A stretch of 64,000 nt of DNA from a virus, in IMG/VR virus record IMGVR_UViG_3300031758_000006, one strand, 5' to 3'. The notes beneath the pieces are model-generated. The model searched no databases, had not been told where the DNA came from, and saw only the letters and a list, made by a program, of their open reading frames with translations. Shown piece by piece: positions 8,604 to 17,813 of this stretch. A program made the position numbers and the translations under genes. Every line of letters starts with the position of its first letter. Position 1 is the first letter of the stretch.

Positions 8604-9778
8604 ACATTTTTGGTATATGTTAAACGTTTAACTTGTTGTTCATCCTTGAAGAATCTATTCTCATCGAATAAATTTTCGTCTGGTGTGGTTGGTTGGACCT
8701 CAACTGGGATCTCAACTATTTTTTCAATTTCAACTATCCGGTCTACTGGAACCTCAACAATTTTTTCAACCTCAACTATTCGATCTACTGGAACTTCAAC
8801 AATTTTTTCAACTTCTCTAATAACCTCTACCGGAACCTCAACAATTTTTTCAATTATTATTGGTTCAGCTTGGTCGGAGCTTGTAGGTAACTTAGTCGGT
8901 ACTTGGTCGGTATCTTGTATGGTAACTTGGGGGGTGGTTGTGGGGTAGTTGTGGGGTAGTTGTGGAGTATCTTCGTCTTTTCTTTTTCCTTTAAAAGCTT
9001 GATTTGTCGCAATTACCAAGGTAATTGCCAATGGATCAAACACAAATATAAGGATTAATATAAAAAAGTTAGCAGTTTTTTTTATATCCCAATCTAACAT
9101 CTCACTCACATATTTTATCACTCCAAGTTCACTTCCCGACAACTCTTGGGATTCCATATTTAATATCTCAACGTCAAGTTTTGTAATACTGTCATTATAC
9201 CCATCAACTTTTTTTGACAATTCATCACGTCTTGTTTGAGCTTCTTTTAATTGGGATTCAAAAGTTTTACGGTTTGCGTTATTAGCTTTTGTTATTACCT
9301 GTCCGGTTTTTCTATCCACCGATTGAGTTGTTGTATTTGTCGATAATCCATCCCGTAATTTGGTGATGTCCCCATCAAGTATTGTTTTTTCTCGATTTAA
9401 TTCACTTTTTATTTCCTCAAATCTTTTTTTCTTAACTTCAACATTTTTTATTTGTTTTTCACTAATTTCAAGTTTTGATATATTTCCCTGGAATCCGGTA
9501 CTTAATAGTCCATATATACCAAGTGATGTAATTATTGATAGGGTAACTAAAGCTATGGTCATGTATATTTTCAAAACACCATAAGTTTGTTTCCATTTGT
9601 CGTGTAGATAAGTCGCGATAGCTATTTTGGATATTTCCAAAAATGATCCCATAATTATAACCGGTATAGCTACTCCAGAAAATACCACAGATAACCCTAT
9701 AACACTATAATAAGCCGCTGTACCAGATAAACCAAGAGCACAAAACAATAAAAACCAAGGTAAAAATTTTTCTTTCAT
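8600..9778 (-). CDS. Multi-pass membrane protein with coiled coil and C-terminal EKIVEVP repeats
   Basis: three N-terminal TM helices, coiled coil, further TM, four 14-aa VEKIVEVPVDRIVE-type repeats. Confidence 0.75.
   Translation of the reverse strand: MKEKFLPWFLLFCALGLSGTAAYYSVIGLSVVFSGVAIPVIIMGSFLEISKIAIATYLHDKWKQTYGVLKIYMTIALVTLSIITSLGIYGLLSTGFQGNISKLEISEKQIKNVEVKKKRFEEIKSELNREKTILDGDITKLRDGLSTNTTTQSVDRKTGQVITKANNANRKTFESQLKEAQTRRDELSKKVDGYNDSITKLDVEILNMESQELSGSELGVIKYVSEMLDWDIKKTANFFILILIFVFDPLAITLVIATNQAFKGKRKDEDTPQLPHNYPTTTPQVTIQDTDQVPTKLPTSSDQAEPIIIEKIVEVPVEVIREVEKIVEVPVDRIVEVEKIVEVPVDRIVEIEKIVEIPVEVQPTTPDENLFDENRFFKDEQQVKRLTYTKNV
8696..8854 (-). repeat. 42-bp (14-aa) coding tandem repeat x~4, VEKIVEVPVDRIVE
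   Basis: visible in DNA and translation. Confidence 0.85.
8937..8969. repeat. 11-bp tandem repeat x3 (GTTGTGGGGTA) inside CDS
   Basis: 8937-8947 and 8948-8958 identical, 8959-8969 one mismatch. Confidence 0.85.
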
Positions 9779-9865
9779 ATCAATTGTTGTCTATTTATAA
9801 ATACTATTATAGACATTTATTTGAATATGTCACTACTTCTAACTGGGTTCCGTGTTAATTGGATT

Positions 9866-9897
9866 AAAATAAAAAACCCCACGAATAATCGTAGGGT
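9866..9897 (-). terminator. Intrinsic terminator
   Basis: minus strand ACCCTACGA-TTAT-TCGTGGGGT (one U-G pair) followed by TTTTTTATTTT. Confidence 0.75.
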
Positions 9898-9924
9898 AAT
9901 TAGAAATATAGGGAGATACCAAAT

Positions 9925-10164
9925 TTACAACTCAGGTAATAGTCCGGCTTTTTCGACGATATTCCAGACTCTATCTTTGTACCTATCCACGGATTCGGTC
10001 TGATTAATATGGGTAAAACCCCTATCGGTTAATATAGCTAAGAACGTGATTAATTCACAAGTCATGTGGTCAATCTCATCAATGGTTAATCTTTTTTTTC
10101 TGATACCTTCCTTAAGAATATCATAGTTAACCTCAACTTTTCTACGTAAATCAGACATAAACAA
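9925..10164 (-). CDS. Hypothetical protein
   Basis: 79 aa between a Bacteroidota-type promoter and a terminator. Confidence 0.75.
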   Translation of the reverse strand: MFMSDLRRKVEVNYDILKEGIRKKRLTIDEIDHMTCELITFLAILTDRGFTHINQTESVDRYKDRVWNIVEKAGLLPEL

Positions 10165-10188
10165 AAAATTAAATTAATAAATATAAAA

Positions 10189-10220
10189 CAAATATATAGG
10201 TTTTTTTTTAACTGGCCAAA
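10189..10220 (-). promoter_or_regulatory. Bacteroidota sigmaA promoter TTTG-N20-TATATTTG
   Basis: plus caaa 10217-10220, caaatata 10189-10196. Confidence 0.75.
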
Positions 10221-10223
10221 TTT

Positions 10224-10514
10224 TTAATGAATTCTTCTAAGTTTTTTTAAAATCTCATTAATATCATCTTCGGTTTGATACCCTAAAACATCATTAGTAA
10301 ACTGTGTGTCATAAGTAATATCCCAATTATCCGGTGTCCCTTTAATTATTGCCACTTCCCAGGTGTTTCCATCACAATAAGATCCGTATCTTGTTGATCC
10401 TGGTATTTTAAACCTAACGACAGAAATACCGTACCCATTTGGTAAAAACAACTTACCTTGTTTCCCCTCACCAACCTGGTGTGGTTCAAAAACTATTTGA
10501 TCGAAAAAAGACAT
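10224..10514 (-). CDS. Conserved-looking small phage protein (LPNGYGISVV...WEVAII), start reassigned to MSFFDQ
   Basis: ORF track start 10577 overlaps upstream gene; ATG 10514 follows its stop. Confidence 0.7.
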   Translation of the reverse strand: MSFFDQIVFEPHQVGEGKQGKLFLPNGYGISVVRFKIPGSTRYGSYCDGNTWEVAIIKGTPDNWDITYDTQFTNDVLGYQTEDDINEILKKLRRIH

Positions 10515-10518
10515 AATA

Positions 10519-10734
10519 TTATTTTTTGATGAATAATTTTGTAAAATAATCCATAGGTACCTTATATAGAGTTTCATAGAACGTTACACAACGGGTACCA
10601 ATCTCAATAGACTGAGTTAAGAAGGTTACTTCCTCACCCTTTTTTACTTTACGACCATTAATACCACCACCATTTTTAAACGTGTACAGAATATAAGTGT
10701 CCTGAGTTGCTATAAATTTTTGACCTTTTACCAT
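10519..10734 (-). CDS. Hypothetical protein
   Basis: 71 aa directly after promoter 10757-10787. Confidence 0.7.
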   Translation of the reverse strand: MVKGQKFIATQDTYILYTFKNGGGINGRKVKKGEEVTFLTQSIEIGTRCVTFYETLYKVPMDYFTKLFIKK

Positions 10735-10756
10735 GACTAAATTTTAAATATTTAAC

Positions 10757-10787
10757 CAAAGATAATGGTTTTTTTTTAATTTCCAAA
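10757..10787 (-). promoter_or_regulatory. Bacteroidota sigmaA promoter TTTG-N19-TATCTTTG
   Basis: plus caaa 10784-10787, caaagata 10757-10764. Confidence 0.75.
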
Positions 10788-10792
10788 TATTT

Positions 10793-11593
10793 TTATAAAT
10801 AATCAAATAATTCTGAACTTTCGTTTCTAAGTCTACGCAAAGCTTTATCTTTAATTTGTCTAACTCTTTCTTTTGTTAGATTAAAGTCAGATCCAATATC
10901 TTCTAACGTTCTTGGTGTTCCTGTTAATCCGTAATAATCTTCAACAATAACTCTTTCTCTATCATCTAGAATATTTAGAATTGACATCATTTTATCCTTT
11001 AATTGATCTTTAGTGTTGAAAATGGAATCTGGTGACTCCGCGTCATTGTTAACAATAACATCGATCAACGTATCACCTTCACTATTTATCGACATATTTA
11101 GATCAATAATTGATGGTAGTGATGTGAATTTGTCATCCATTTTTTTACCGGAGTTTTCAACTTCTTTTTTAGCTTTTTGTAAATCCTGAACAATATTAAC
11201 CGGGAGTCTTATGGTTCTAGCGTTATCATTTAATGACTGGATAATACTTTGTTTAACCCACCAAACCGCGTACGATATAAATCTAAGATCCTTACCCCAA
11301 TCAAAGTTTTTAATAGCTTTCATTAACCCAAAGTTACCTTCAGCTATTAAATCTTGGAGATCCATACCCTGGTTTTGGTATTTCTTAGCTACCGTAATTA
11401 CAAATCGTAAATTACCGAGTAACAGTTCTTCCTCAATTTTATCCCTTTCGTATTTAGTTGTCGACTCTAATTTCATCTTTACAGCTAATTCTTTTTCCCT
11501 ATCTGGGGTCATTACTTTAAGTTTCCTGATGTCTTTTAAATAATAATAAAGTTCTTCTTGATTAATTGGTATACCCCCATTTTTTTCCTTCAT
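10793..11593 (-). CDS. RpoD/SigA-family RNA polymerase sigma factor lacking region 1.1
   Basis: region 1.2 YLKDI, region 2 NLRFVITVAKKY..DLIAEGNFGLMKA..RFISYAVWW, region 4 TLEDIG...LTKERVRQI. Confidence 0.92.
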   Translation of the reverse strand: MKEKNGGIPINQEELYYYLKDIRKLKVMTPDREKELAVKMKLESTTKYERDKIEEELLLGNLRFVITVAKKYQNQGMDLQDLIAEGNFGLMKAIKNFDWGKDLRFISYAVWWVKQSIIQSLNDNARTIRLPVNIVQDLQKAKKEVENSGKKMDDKFTSLPSIIDLNMSINSEGDTLIDVIVNNDAESPDSIFNTKDQLKDKMMSILNILDDRERVIVEDYYGLTGTPRTLEDIGSDFNLTKERVRQIKDKALRRLRNESSELFDYL

Positions 11594-11599
11594 ATTTCG

Positions 11600-12103
11600 T
11601 TATCCCCTTTTTGACTGATTGTTTAGTTTATTTAATTCTTGTTTAGTTAATGATTCCATACCATACTGACTTATTTTATCTAGAATCTCGTCCACACTTA
11701 ATTTAGACTCCATGTTATTTACAATTTTAGTAAATCCACTCAATTCTTCTAAAAAAAATTCACCAACAAGTGATTTATATTCGTGTAATGATTTTTCATC
11801 ACTCTGGATGTCATTTAAATAGTTTTTAATTTCTGATGAGATATTAGTTCTGAACCCGTCATTAGCTTGTACTATGAAATACGTAAAGTCAATCTCTACT
11901 TGTTTACCATAGATTAATAACACGTCCTCTAATTCGGACAACTCACTTGGGTCAGTACTAAAATGTATTACTATATATTTTGGTCCGTAAGTGTATTTAA
12001 TGTTTTTGGAGTTTGAGAATCCCAATAAAACATCACAAATCTCTTCAGCTAAATCTTGTGTATTTCTAATATTATGTGGATACACGAATAGTAAATGTTT
12101 CAT
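11600..12103 (-). CDS. Hypothetical protein
   Basis: 167 aa; C-terminal LSVDEILDKISQYGMESLT resembles DUF6576-like tail. Confidence 0.7.
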   Translation of the reverse strand: MKHLLFVYPHNIRNTQDLAEEICDVLLGFSNSKNIKYTYGPKYIVIHFSTDPSELSELEDVLLIYGKQVEIDFTYFIVQANDGFRTNISSEIKNYLNDIQSDEKSLHEYKSLVGEFFLEELSGFTKIVNNMESKLSVDEILDKISQYGMESLTKQELNKLNNQSKRG

Positions 12104-12104
12104 A

Positions 12105-14486
12105 TTACATCATTATTTTTGACACATTATCAACTTTTTTAATTTTTACAATTGTATCAGCCCATTGTCCAACCATTGGGTTATGGGTGATGACAAATAT
12201 TTTTTCAAAGTATTCTTTTATTTTGACAAAAAATTCAGATACCATCTCCAGGTTATCGTTAGATATTTTACCAAATACCTCATCAAACACAACGATATTT
12301 GGTTTTGGTAAACTACATATCTTACTTAAAACGGATCTTAAAGCTAATGAAGCTATTGTTCGTTCATATCCAGACCCAGATACCATTAATTTTTCAATTC
12401 CGGTCCCATTATCAATCATTACAAACTCAACTTCATTTTTATCATTTATTCTAATCTCCAATTTAAAGTATGAACTGTCTTCCATTAATCTTTGTAATTC
12501 TGAATTAATTAATGGCATCATTGTTTTCATAATCATTTTAGACAACCCGTTTTTACCAAAAGCTTCCAGGTACATCTTGTAGATCTTATCCTTTTCCTCT
12601 TCCTCAGATATTTTGATTATAATCTTTGAGTAATTATCAATTTTCTCATCAGATGACTTTATTTGATACTCCTTATTTGTGATTTCTTGGGTTTTAACCT
12701 TTTTATCACCTTCAAGTTGTTCAATTTTAAGGTCAGCTTTTATTATTTGTGTATCAATCTGTTGATTTTCCTTTATTTTATCCTGAACATCGTTCCACCT
12801 ACTAATCTTATCATTTAAGGTTTCAATTTTTAAATCACAACTTTCAACACTTAATTCATACTTTTCTTTGATTAGTTTGTTTTTCTCATATTCATCAAAG
12901 TCTTTTTTAAGTTGTGTGTAGGATTTTTCTTTAACCTCAAGATCTTTCCATTTTTTTGATAGTTTGTCAACTTTAATTTCCCAATCAGATAATTCATCAA
13001 TCTTTTTCTTTGTTAAAGCAGCTTCCATTAATTTGATCCCACAATGTTCACATTGAATCCCGTCACCATACTTTTTAATCAAATTTTCAATTTCTTGTAC
13101 TTTGTTTTGAGAAGATACTAGCTCTCCATTTGTGGTCTTCATTTCATCTTTAATTTCATCGTGTTTATCCTCATGATAAAATTCTTTTGGTTCAACAACA
13201 TTTAATTCAGAGATTTTTACAATAAATCCACTTTTTTGGGTCTTTAATTGTGAGATCTCCTCATCTGTTTTTGTTGGATTCAACATACTAATTTCAGTAT
13301 CTATGGTATGTTTTTTCTTTAACATGTCGTCACGATATTTTCTACCAGTTGTCAATCTATCTTCAATGTCTAATAATTCTGACGACAAAGTTACTATATC
13401 ATTCTTTAATTCGGAAATCTTATTCGAATTATTTTCAATGTCTGTTTTTAACTCCTCAGTATTGTATACGTTTGACATTTTAGACTTACTAAACTCTGAG
13501 TAAATTTCTTTACCAACTTCCTCCTTCCTTTTTAAAAACTCTAAACCCATAAACCTAGATAATACTTGACCTCTAGCTGTTGGTTTTGATTCCAGGAGTT
13601 CCTCCAGGTTAGTAGCGGTAGTCAATATGGTCATTAAAAAATCATCCTTAGTCCCGATAGAATTTTTAATAAAGGTTTCAGTTTCTCTTCTTTGTTCCCC
13701 AGTAAAATTTTGTAATTGACCATCAGAAAGTCTTTTAAAGAAGTCTAGATCGGTTTTTACATTCCAGTCACCCTTTTTTGACATCTTTCTTTCGATTGTA
13801 CGAACGATTAAGTAATCCTCACCATCAATTGTTACCTCACCCTTTACCGTGACTTTATCGTGATTTGTAAACCTATTAAATATCTCCTCAGCTTTTGTTG
13901 TTTTTGTTGTCTCATTAAAAAATAAGAATAACAATAAATCAACTGAAAGTACTGTTTTACCACCAAAATTAGGTGGATCAGACTCGACAACTACAACACC
14001 GTTACATTTGTCAAAATCCATAACCTGGTTTTCACCGTAAGATAGGAAATTTGAAAATTCAATTTTTCTAATGTACCACTTTTTAAATTGTGTGTTATCA
14101 ATTTCTTCCTCCGACATTTTATTTTCAACCATTCTGTTGATTGATATTACATCATCAATATAATCATCATAGTTCTTAGACTCCAAGAATTTTTTCAATA
14201 AATCCAACTGATAATTAACATCAGTAACATTTAAGGATACATCAACCGTTTGTTGGGTGTCGTCCTGTACTGCTTTGGACTTTGTCAACACATTCACATT
14301 TGTTGTGTTATATTTTTTCTGAAAATAATGTTTAACCCCTTTAATTTTATCTTGAGTAAAATTCTCGGGTAAATCTTCCCAAACAACTTGTATTGTTGGG
14401 TTCTCAAACTTTGAAAAATCTAATTCATTTATCATTATATCGTAATTAAATTGTTTTGGTGGATTAAATAGATCCAGTTGTGTCAT
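12105..14486 (-). CDS. sbcC: SbcC/Rad50 (T4 gp46-like) ATPase
   Basis: NFLSYG, Walker A GGKT, coiled coil with CEHC hook, VFDE, ITH; start reassigned to MTQLD (14486) or MINEL (14435). Confidence 0.9.
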   Translation of the reverse strand: MTQLDLFNPPKQFNYDIMINELDFSKFENPTIQVVWEDLPENFTQDKIKGVKHYFQKKYNTTNVNVLTKSKAVQDDTQQTVDVSLNVTDVNYQLDLLKKFLESKNYDDYIDDVISINRMVENKMSEEEIDNTQFKKWYIRKIEFSNFLSYGENQVMDFDKCNGVVVVESDPPNFGGKTVLSVDLLLFLFFNETTKTTKAEEIFNRFTNHDKVTVKGEVTIDGEDYLIVRTIERKMSKKGDWNVKTDLDFFKRLSDGQLQNFTGEQRRETETFIKNSIGTKDDFLMTILTTATNLEELLESKPTARGQVLSRFMGLEFLKRKEEVGKEIYSEFSKSKMSNVYNTEELKTDIENNSNKISELKNDIVTLSSELLDIEDRLTTGRKYRDDMLKKKHTIDTEISMLNPTKTDEEISQLKTQKSGFIVKISELNVVEPKEFYHEDKHDEIKDEMKTTNGELVSSQNKVQEIENLIKKYGDGIQCEHCGIKLMEAALTKKKIDELSDWEIKVDKLSKKWKDLEVKEKSYTQLKKDFDEYEKNKLIKEKYELSVESCDLKIETLNDKISRWNDVQDKIKENQQIDTQIIKADLKIEQLEGDKKVKTQEITNKEYQIKSSDEKIDNYSKIIIKISEEEEKDKIYKMYLEAFGKNGLSKMIMKTMMPLINSELQRLMEDSSYFKLEIRINDKNEVEFVMIDNGTGIEKLMVSGSGYERTIASLALRSVLSKICSLPKPNIVVFDEVFGKISNDNLEMVSEFFVKIKEYFEKIFVITHNPMVGQWADTIVKIKKVDNVSKIMM

Positions 14487-14817
14487 TTCTATCTTCAATT
14501 GTGAACCCAGCGCTGTCGTGTGTTGGTTCGTTTTCAATAACTTCGATGTCTATTGTTTCGTCGTTATTTGAATCAGTAAAATCCAAATTATTCAACTCAT
14601 CGTTTAGTTTTGTATTTGGAAAAATACCGGAGTCTTCAACCAAACTAAACGGTAAGTCTTTATCACCTAGTTTTACACTTAAATCAGGAGTATTCATACC
14701 ATCCAATCGTTGTTCAAAAAGTTTATCAATTTGTTTTTTCATCATATACTTTTCTTGTTCGATTTTTCTGTTTCTTTTTTCAACTTTTCTTTTGTGTTCT
14801 TTAGCTTTCTTACCCAT
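14464..14817 (-). CDS. Hypothetical protein, basic N-terminus and acidic C-terminus
   Basis: 117 aa. Confidence 0.65.
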   Translation of the reverse strand: MGKKAKEHKRKVEKRNRKIEQEKYMMKKQIDKLFEQRLDGMNTPDLSVKLGDKDLPFSLVEDSGIFPNTKLNDELNNLDFTDSNNDETIDIEVIENEPTHDSAGFTIEDRNDTTGSI

Positions 14818-14828
14818 TTTATTTATTT

Positions 14829-15209
14829 TTAATCGTTTATTGTTTCGTTGTTATTATTTGTCATTTCCCTCACTGGTCTATTTTCTTCAAACCATTCAAT
14901 GATCGAATTTAAAGCCCAAACTGATCCAGCTGATAACATTCCATCAAAGAATACATAAAAAAATTCATTATGTCCAATAAAATGTGTTACCGGTGAAAAA
15001 AAAGTTAATGATAGAAAAAATCCAACCCAAGTAGAGGTACACAAAACACATTGTATTAGTCCCGATAGGAATTCACCCAGGTACTGAAATGGAGCGTATC
15101 TGTTATTACCCCAATTATGGATTTTGTTTCTTAATCCGTTAAATATTGATCCATACACCAATATTGTTGTCATTCCGTAAGCGGCTAAAATAAAAATAAT
15201 TAATTCCAT
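14829..15209 (-). CDS. DUF1360-like membrane protein
   Basis: TM helices with LIQCVLCTSTWVG motif. Confidence 0.7.
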   Translation of the reverse strand: MELIIFILAAYGMTTILVYGSIFNGLRNKIHNWGNNRYAPFQYLGEFLSGLIQCVLCTSTWVGFFLSLTFFSPVTHFIGHNEFFYVFFDGMLSAGSVWALNSIIEWFEENRPVREMTNNNNETIND

Positions 15210-15210
15210 G

Positions 15211-15834
15211 TTATATTTTTTGATTTATATTTGATCCCCTAAGATAAACCGCTATTTTTTTACTTGATTCATCCGTGAGATCTTTGTTTATTTTTTCTAA
15301 TTCTTGAATTTGTTTGTTTTTATCGTTAATTTCCTTTCTTAACTTTTGTAGTGTTTCCTGTAACATCTTTGTTTCCTCGGTATTTTCTTTTGGTGTTTCT
15401 TTTAAAATGTCTAAATTACGTCTAAGTTCATCTAATTGTTCATCTTTTTTAGACATTTCTTCTTTCATTTTAGTTATACTTTCATCTAGTTCATTTTCAG
15501 TTTTTTTGTCGTAAATATATACTATTTTTTCGACAGGAACTTCCACTTTTATCTCTTTAATTACCTCTCTATCTACATATTTGATAACTTCGACTTCCGT
15601 AGGGGGGGTCGGAACTTCCTTTATAACCTCACGATCAACATATTTAATAACTTCAACCTCCTTTACTTCAGTTTGATTACTTTCACCCAGAAAACCGTAT
15701 CTTTCAATATCAAACCCTTGTTTAAAACATTTAAAAACAAACTTATCAACGTCTAAAATATTATTTGTTCCACAATATTTAGATATTGATTCCAGGGTTT
15801 TTTTATCAAATATTTTTGAGAACTTCTGATCCAT
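15211..15834 (-). CDS. Coiled-coil protein with EVIKYVDREV/VEVPVEKIV repeats
   Basis: duplicated EVEVIKYVDREVIKE, long heptad C-terminus. Confidence 0.75.
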   Translation of the reverse strand: MDQKFSKIFDKKTLESISKYCGTNNILDVDKFVFKCFKQGFDIERYGFLGESNQTEVKEVEVIKYVDREVIKEVPTPPTEVEVIKYVDREVIKEIKVEVPVEKIVYIYDKKTENELDESITKMKEEMSKKDEQLDELRRNLDILKETPKENTEETKMLQETLQKLRKEINDKNKQIQELEKINKDLTDESSKKIAVYLRGSNINQKI

Positions 15835-16585
15835 TTTCCAAGTCTTCGTATGATGTTATAAAAAATTTAAGGAATGGTTTAGGATTAAATAGGTCGGTAT
15901 ATGTGTATTCCTTCGTTTCGATGTCGTACATACCAAACCCGTGTCTTCCAATACTTTCACCAATATTGTTTTGGACTGTGGATCCAATCATATACCCTTT
16001 ACCAGTTCCAAACTGAAACTCAGCTCTTTTATGTATGTCGCCACAAAGTACGGTTTCAAGACCATCAAACTTTTCAACATCATAAGCTTCTTCACCAAAC
16101 TCAAATCCAAGGTCTGTTTTTAACCCGGATATTGGTCCGTGAAATAACCCTATTTTAATTCCTTTAGCTTCACTAAGATCTGGTGGGATATTCCCTTGGT
16201 ATTGTGAATAAACACACCAGCTAATATTATCATCCTCATAAACACCCCTATCTTTATAATATACAATATTATCATCTTTAAGTGAGTCAATTATTGGTGT
16301 TAAAGCGTCCAACCTTTCAATGTTATTCACTAAAAAATCGTGATTACCTGGGATAATGATTGTTTTACAAATTTTAGAACACTCCGTTAAAACCCAACTA
16401 ACCATCTCAATTAACTCTGGTGTCATTTGATTTTTGGAGTGGACTAGATCACCGGTAAAAACAATTCTATCTGGGGTTGTTTCACCCCATTGTTTAAACA
16501 TTTCTGTTAAAATTGACCGATATAGATCATGGTCCTTAAATAATCTGATGTGTAAATCAGAAAAGTGTACAAGTTTTTTTATCAT
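15806..16585 (-). CDS. sbcD: SbcD/Mre11 (T4 gp47-like) metallophosphoesterase nuclease
   Basis: SDLH, TGDL, GNHD, FHG, GDIH motifs; upstream of SbcC. Confidence 0.9.
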   Translation of the reverse strand: MIKKLVHFSDLHIRLFKDHDLYRSILTEMFKQWGETTPDRIVFTGDLVHSKNQMTPELIEMVSWVLTECSKICKTIIIPGNHDFLVNNIERLDALTPIIDSLKDDNIVYYKDRGVYEDDNISWCVYSQYQGNIPPDLSEAKGIKIGLFHGPISGLKTDLGFEFGEEAYDVEKFDGLETVLCGDIHKRAEFQFGTGKGYMIGSTVQNNIGESIGRHGFGMYDIETKEYTYTDLFNPKPFLKFFITSYEDLENGSEVLKNI

Positions 16586-16830
16586 TACATTACAATTTTT
16601 GGTGGTGCTCCTAAATCATCGTGTCCATCTTCTTTAAATGGGTTTACTGATACAGGTATTGGTTCAAATCTACGAGGAATTATTGTTGATGGGTTTGGGA
16701 AGAAAGGATCAACGTCTTTTACTTCTCTCATTTTTTCTTGAATGGTTTCAATATCACTCTGTTGTATAACTGTCCAACGTCTATTGGTCATAAATCCATC
16801 TAACCATATATAAAATTCTTTGTGTGTCAT
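16585..16830 (-). CDS. Hypothetical protein
   Basis: 81 aa, TAATG coupling. Confidence 0.65.
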   Translation of the reverse strand: MTHKEFYIWLDGFMTNRRWTVIQQSDIETIQEKMREVKDVDPFFPNPSTIIPRRFEPIPVSVNPFKEDGHDDLGAPPKIVM

Positions 16831-16832
16831 AT

Positions 16833-17033
16833 TTAATCCTCCTCAATATTAAAATCATATTCATCTTCATTTTCGATTTTATCCCACTCCAATTCTTGGT
16901 CCCCCCTGAAATCAACTTCTTCGTAAAACTTTTCTTCATCTTCTTCAAAAAGTTTAGCTTCCTCATCTGTTAACTCGGCAGAATACTTACAAATTGTTGT
17001 ATAAGATTCAAACCATACTAATTTTTTTCCCAT
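16833..17033 (-). CDS. Small acidic protein
   Basis: 66 aa. Confidence 0.65.
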   Translation of the reverse strand: MGKKLVWFESYTTICKYSAELTDEEAKLFEEDEEKFYEEVDFRGDQELEWDKIENEDEYDFNIEED

Positions 17034-17039
17034 GTTTTT

Positions 17040-17186
17040 TTAATTTAATTCTCGATTATAAAGGTTTACTAATATTAATCTAGCTAGTTTAAACTCCCTG
17101 GATCTGTTTAATCTCAATCCATATGTCTTAGATATAGTATCTAGATATGGCATAGCTTGGGATATTGTCATTTTACCTATCTCCAT
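17040..17186 (-). CDS. Small hypothetical protein (48 aa)
   Basis: Hand-translated MEIGKMTISQAMPYLDTISKTYGLRLNRSREFKLARLILVNLYNRELN*; exactly fills the gap. Confidence 0.65.
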   Translation of the reverse strand: MEIGKMTISQAMPYLDTISKTYGLRLNRSREFKLARLILVNLYNRELN

Positions 17187-17401
17187 TAGTCCACAAATAA
17201 TTCAAAGTCTGTATTGACATGACCACAATCATTACACATGTAGGTTGGAAATGGTACTAGGGTGTCTTCTGGACTTCCGGTTAATAATTTAGGTACTTTC
17301 TTTAACATTGTGACTTCTTTAAAGAATTTACTCTCACACTTTTCACATTTAATTGTCTCTTGTTGTCTGAGATCAATCTTTGGTCTTATTATATCATCCA
17401 T
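17186..17401 (-). CDS. Zinc-ribbon protein
   Basis: CEKC ... CNDCGH. Confidence 0.75.
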   Translation of the reverse strand: MDDIIRPKIDLRQQETIKCEKCESKFFKEVTMLKKVPKLLTGSPEDTLVPFPTYMCNDCGHVNTDFELFVD

Positions 17402-17412
17402 ATTTGTTATTA

Positions 17413-17628
17413 TTACATTTCAATAAACATTATTACCTCATTAATCGGTATTCTTACGTGGGGTATGTTTGTACTGCTCATTGGGTGTTTAACCATAACC
17501 TCATAAAACCCTTCAGGGCAAGCTTTTACTGTTGGTGTATTACTTATTCTTAAAATTTCTTTTGTTTCTTCCATGTCGGAAAAAAGTATGACAAATTTAT
17601 CTGTCGTATTAAAAACTAACTTTTTCAT
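17413..17628 (-). CDS. Hypothetical protein
   Basis: 71 aa. Confidence 0.65.
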   Translation of the reverse strand: MKKLVFNTTDKFVILFSDMEETKEILRISNTPTVKACPEGFYEVMVKHPMSSTNIPHVRIPINEVIMFIEM

Positions 17629-17630
17629 AT

Positions 17631-17813
17631 CTATTTATTAAAAATTGCTTGGATTACTATTACTATTATTATGAATAACAAGGCCCCAATCCATAATGGG
17701 GAGGTTACCCACCACCAGGACCAATCAATGTGTCCGGTTAATTTTAGAACTAGGAATATTAGGAATAAAATCATATTTAAACTAATACTCCCATTTGTTT
17801 CTTTATTACTCAT
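17631..17813 (-). CDS. Two-TM protein (LKLTG.IDWSWWWV.SPLW, TMEM185/Fragile-X-F-like phage family)
   Basis: characteristic Trp-rich motif. Confidence 0.7.
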   Translation of the reverse strand: MSNKETNGSISLNMILFLIFLVLKLTGHIDWSWWWVTSPLWIGALLFIIIVIVIQAIFNK

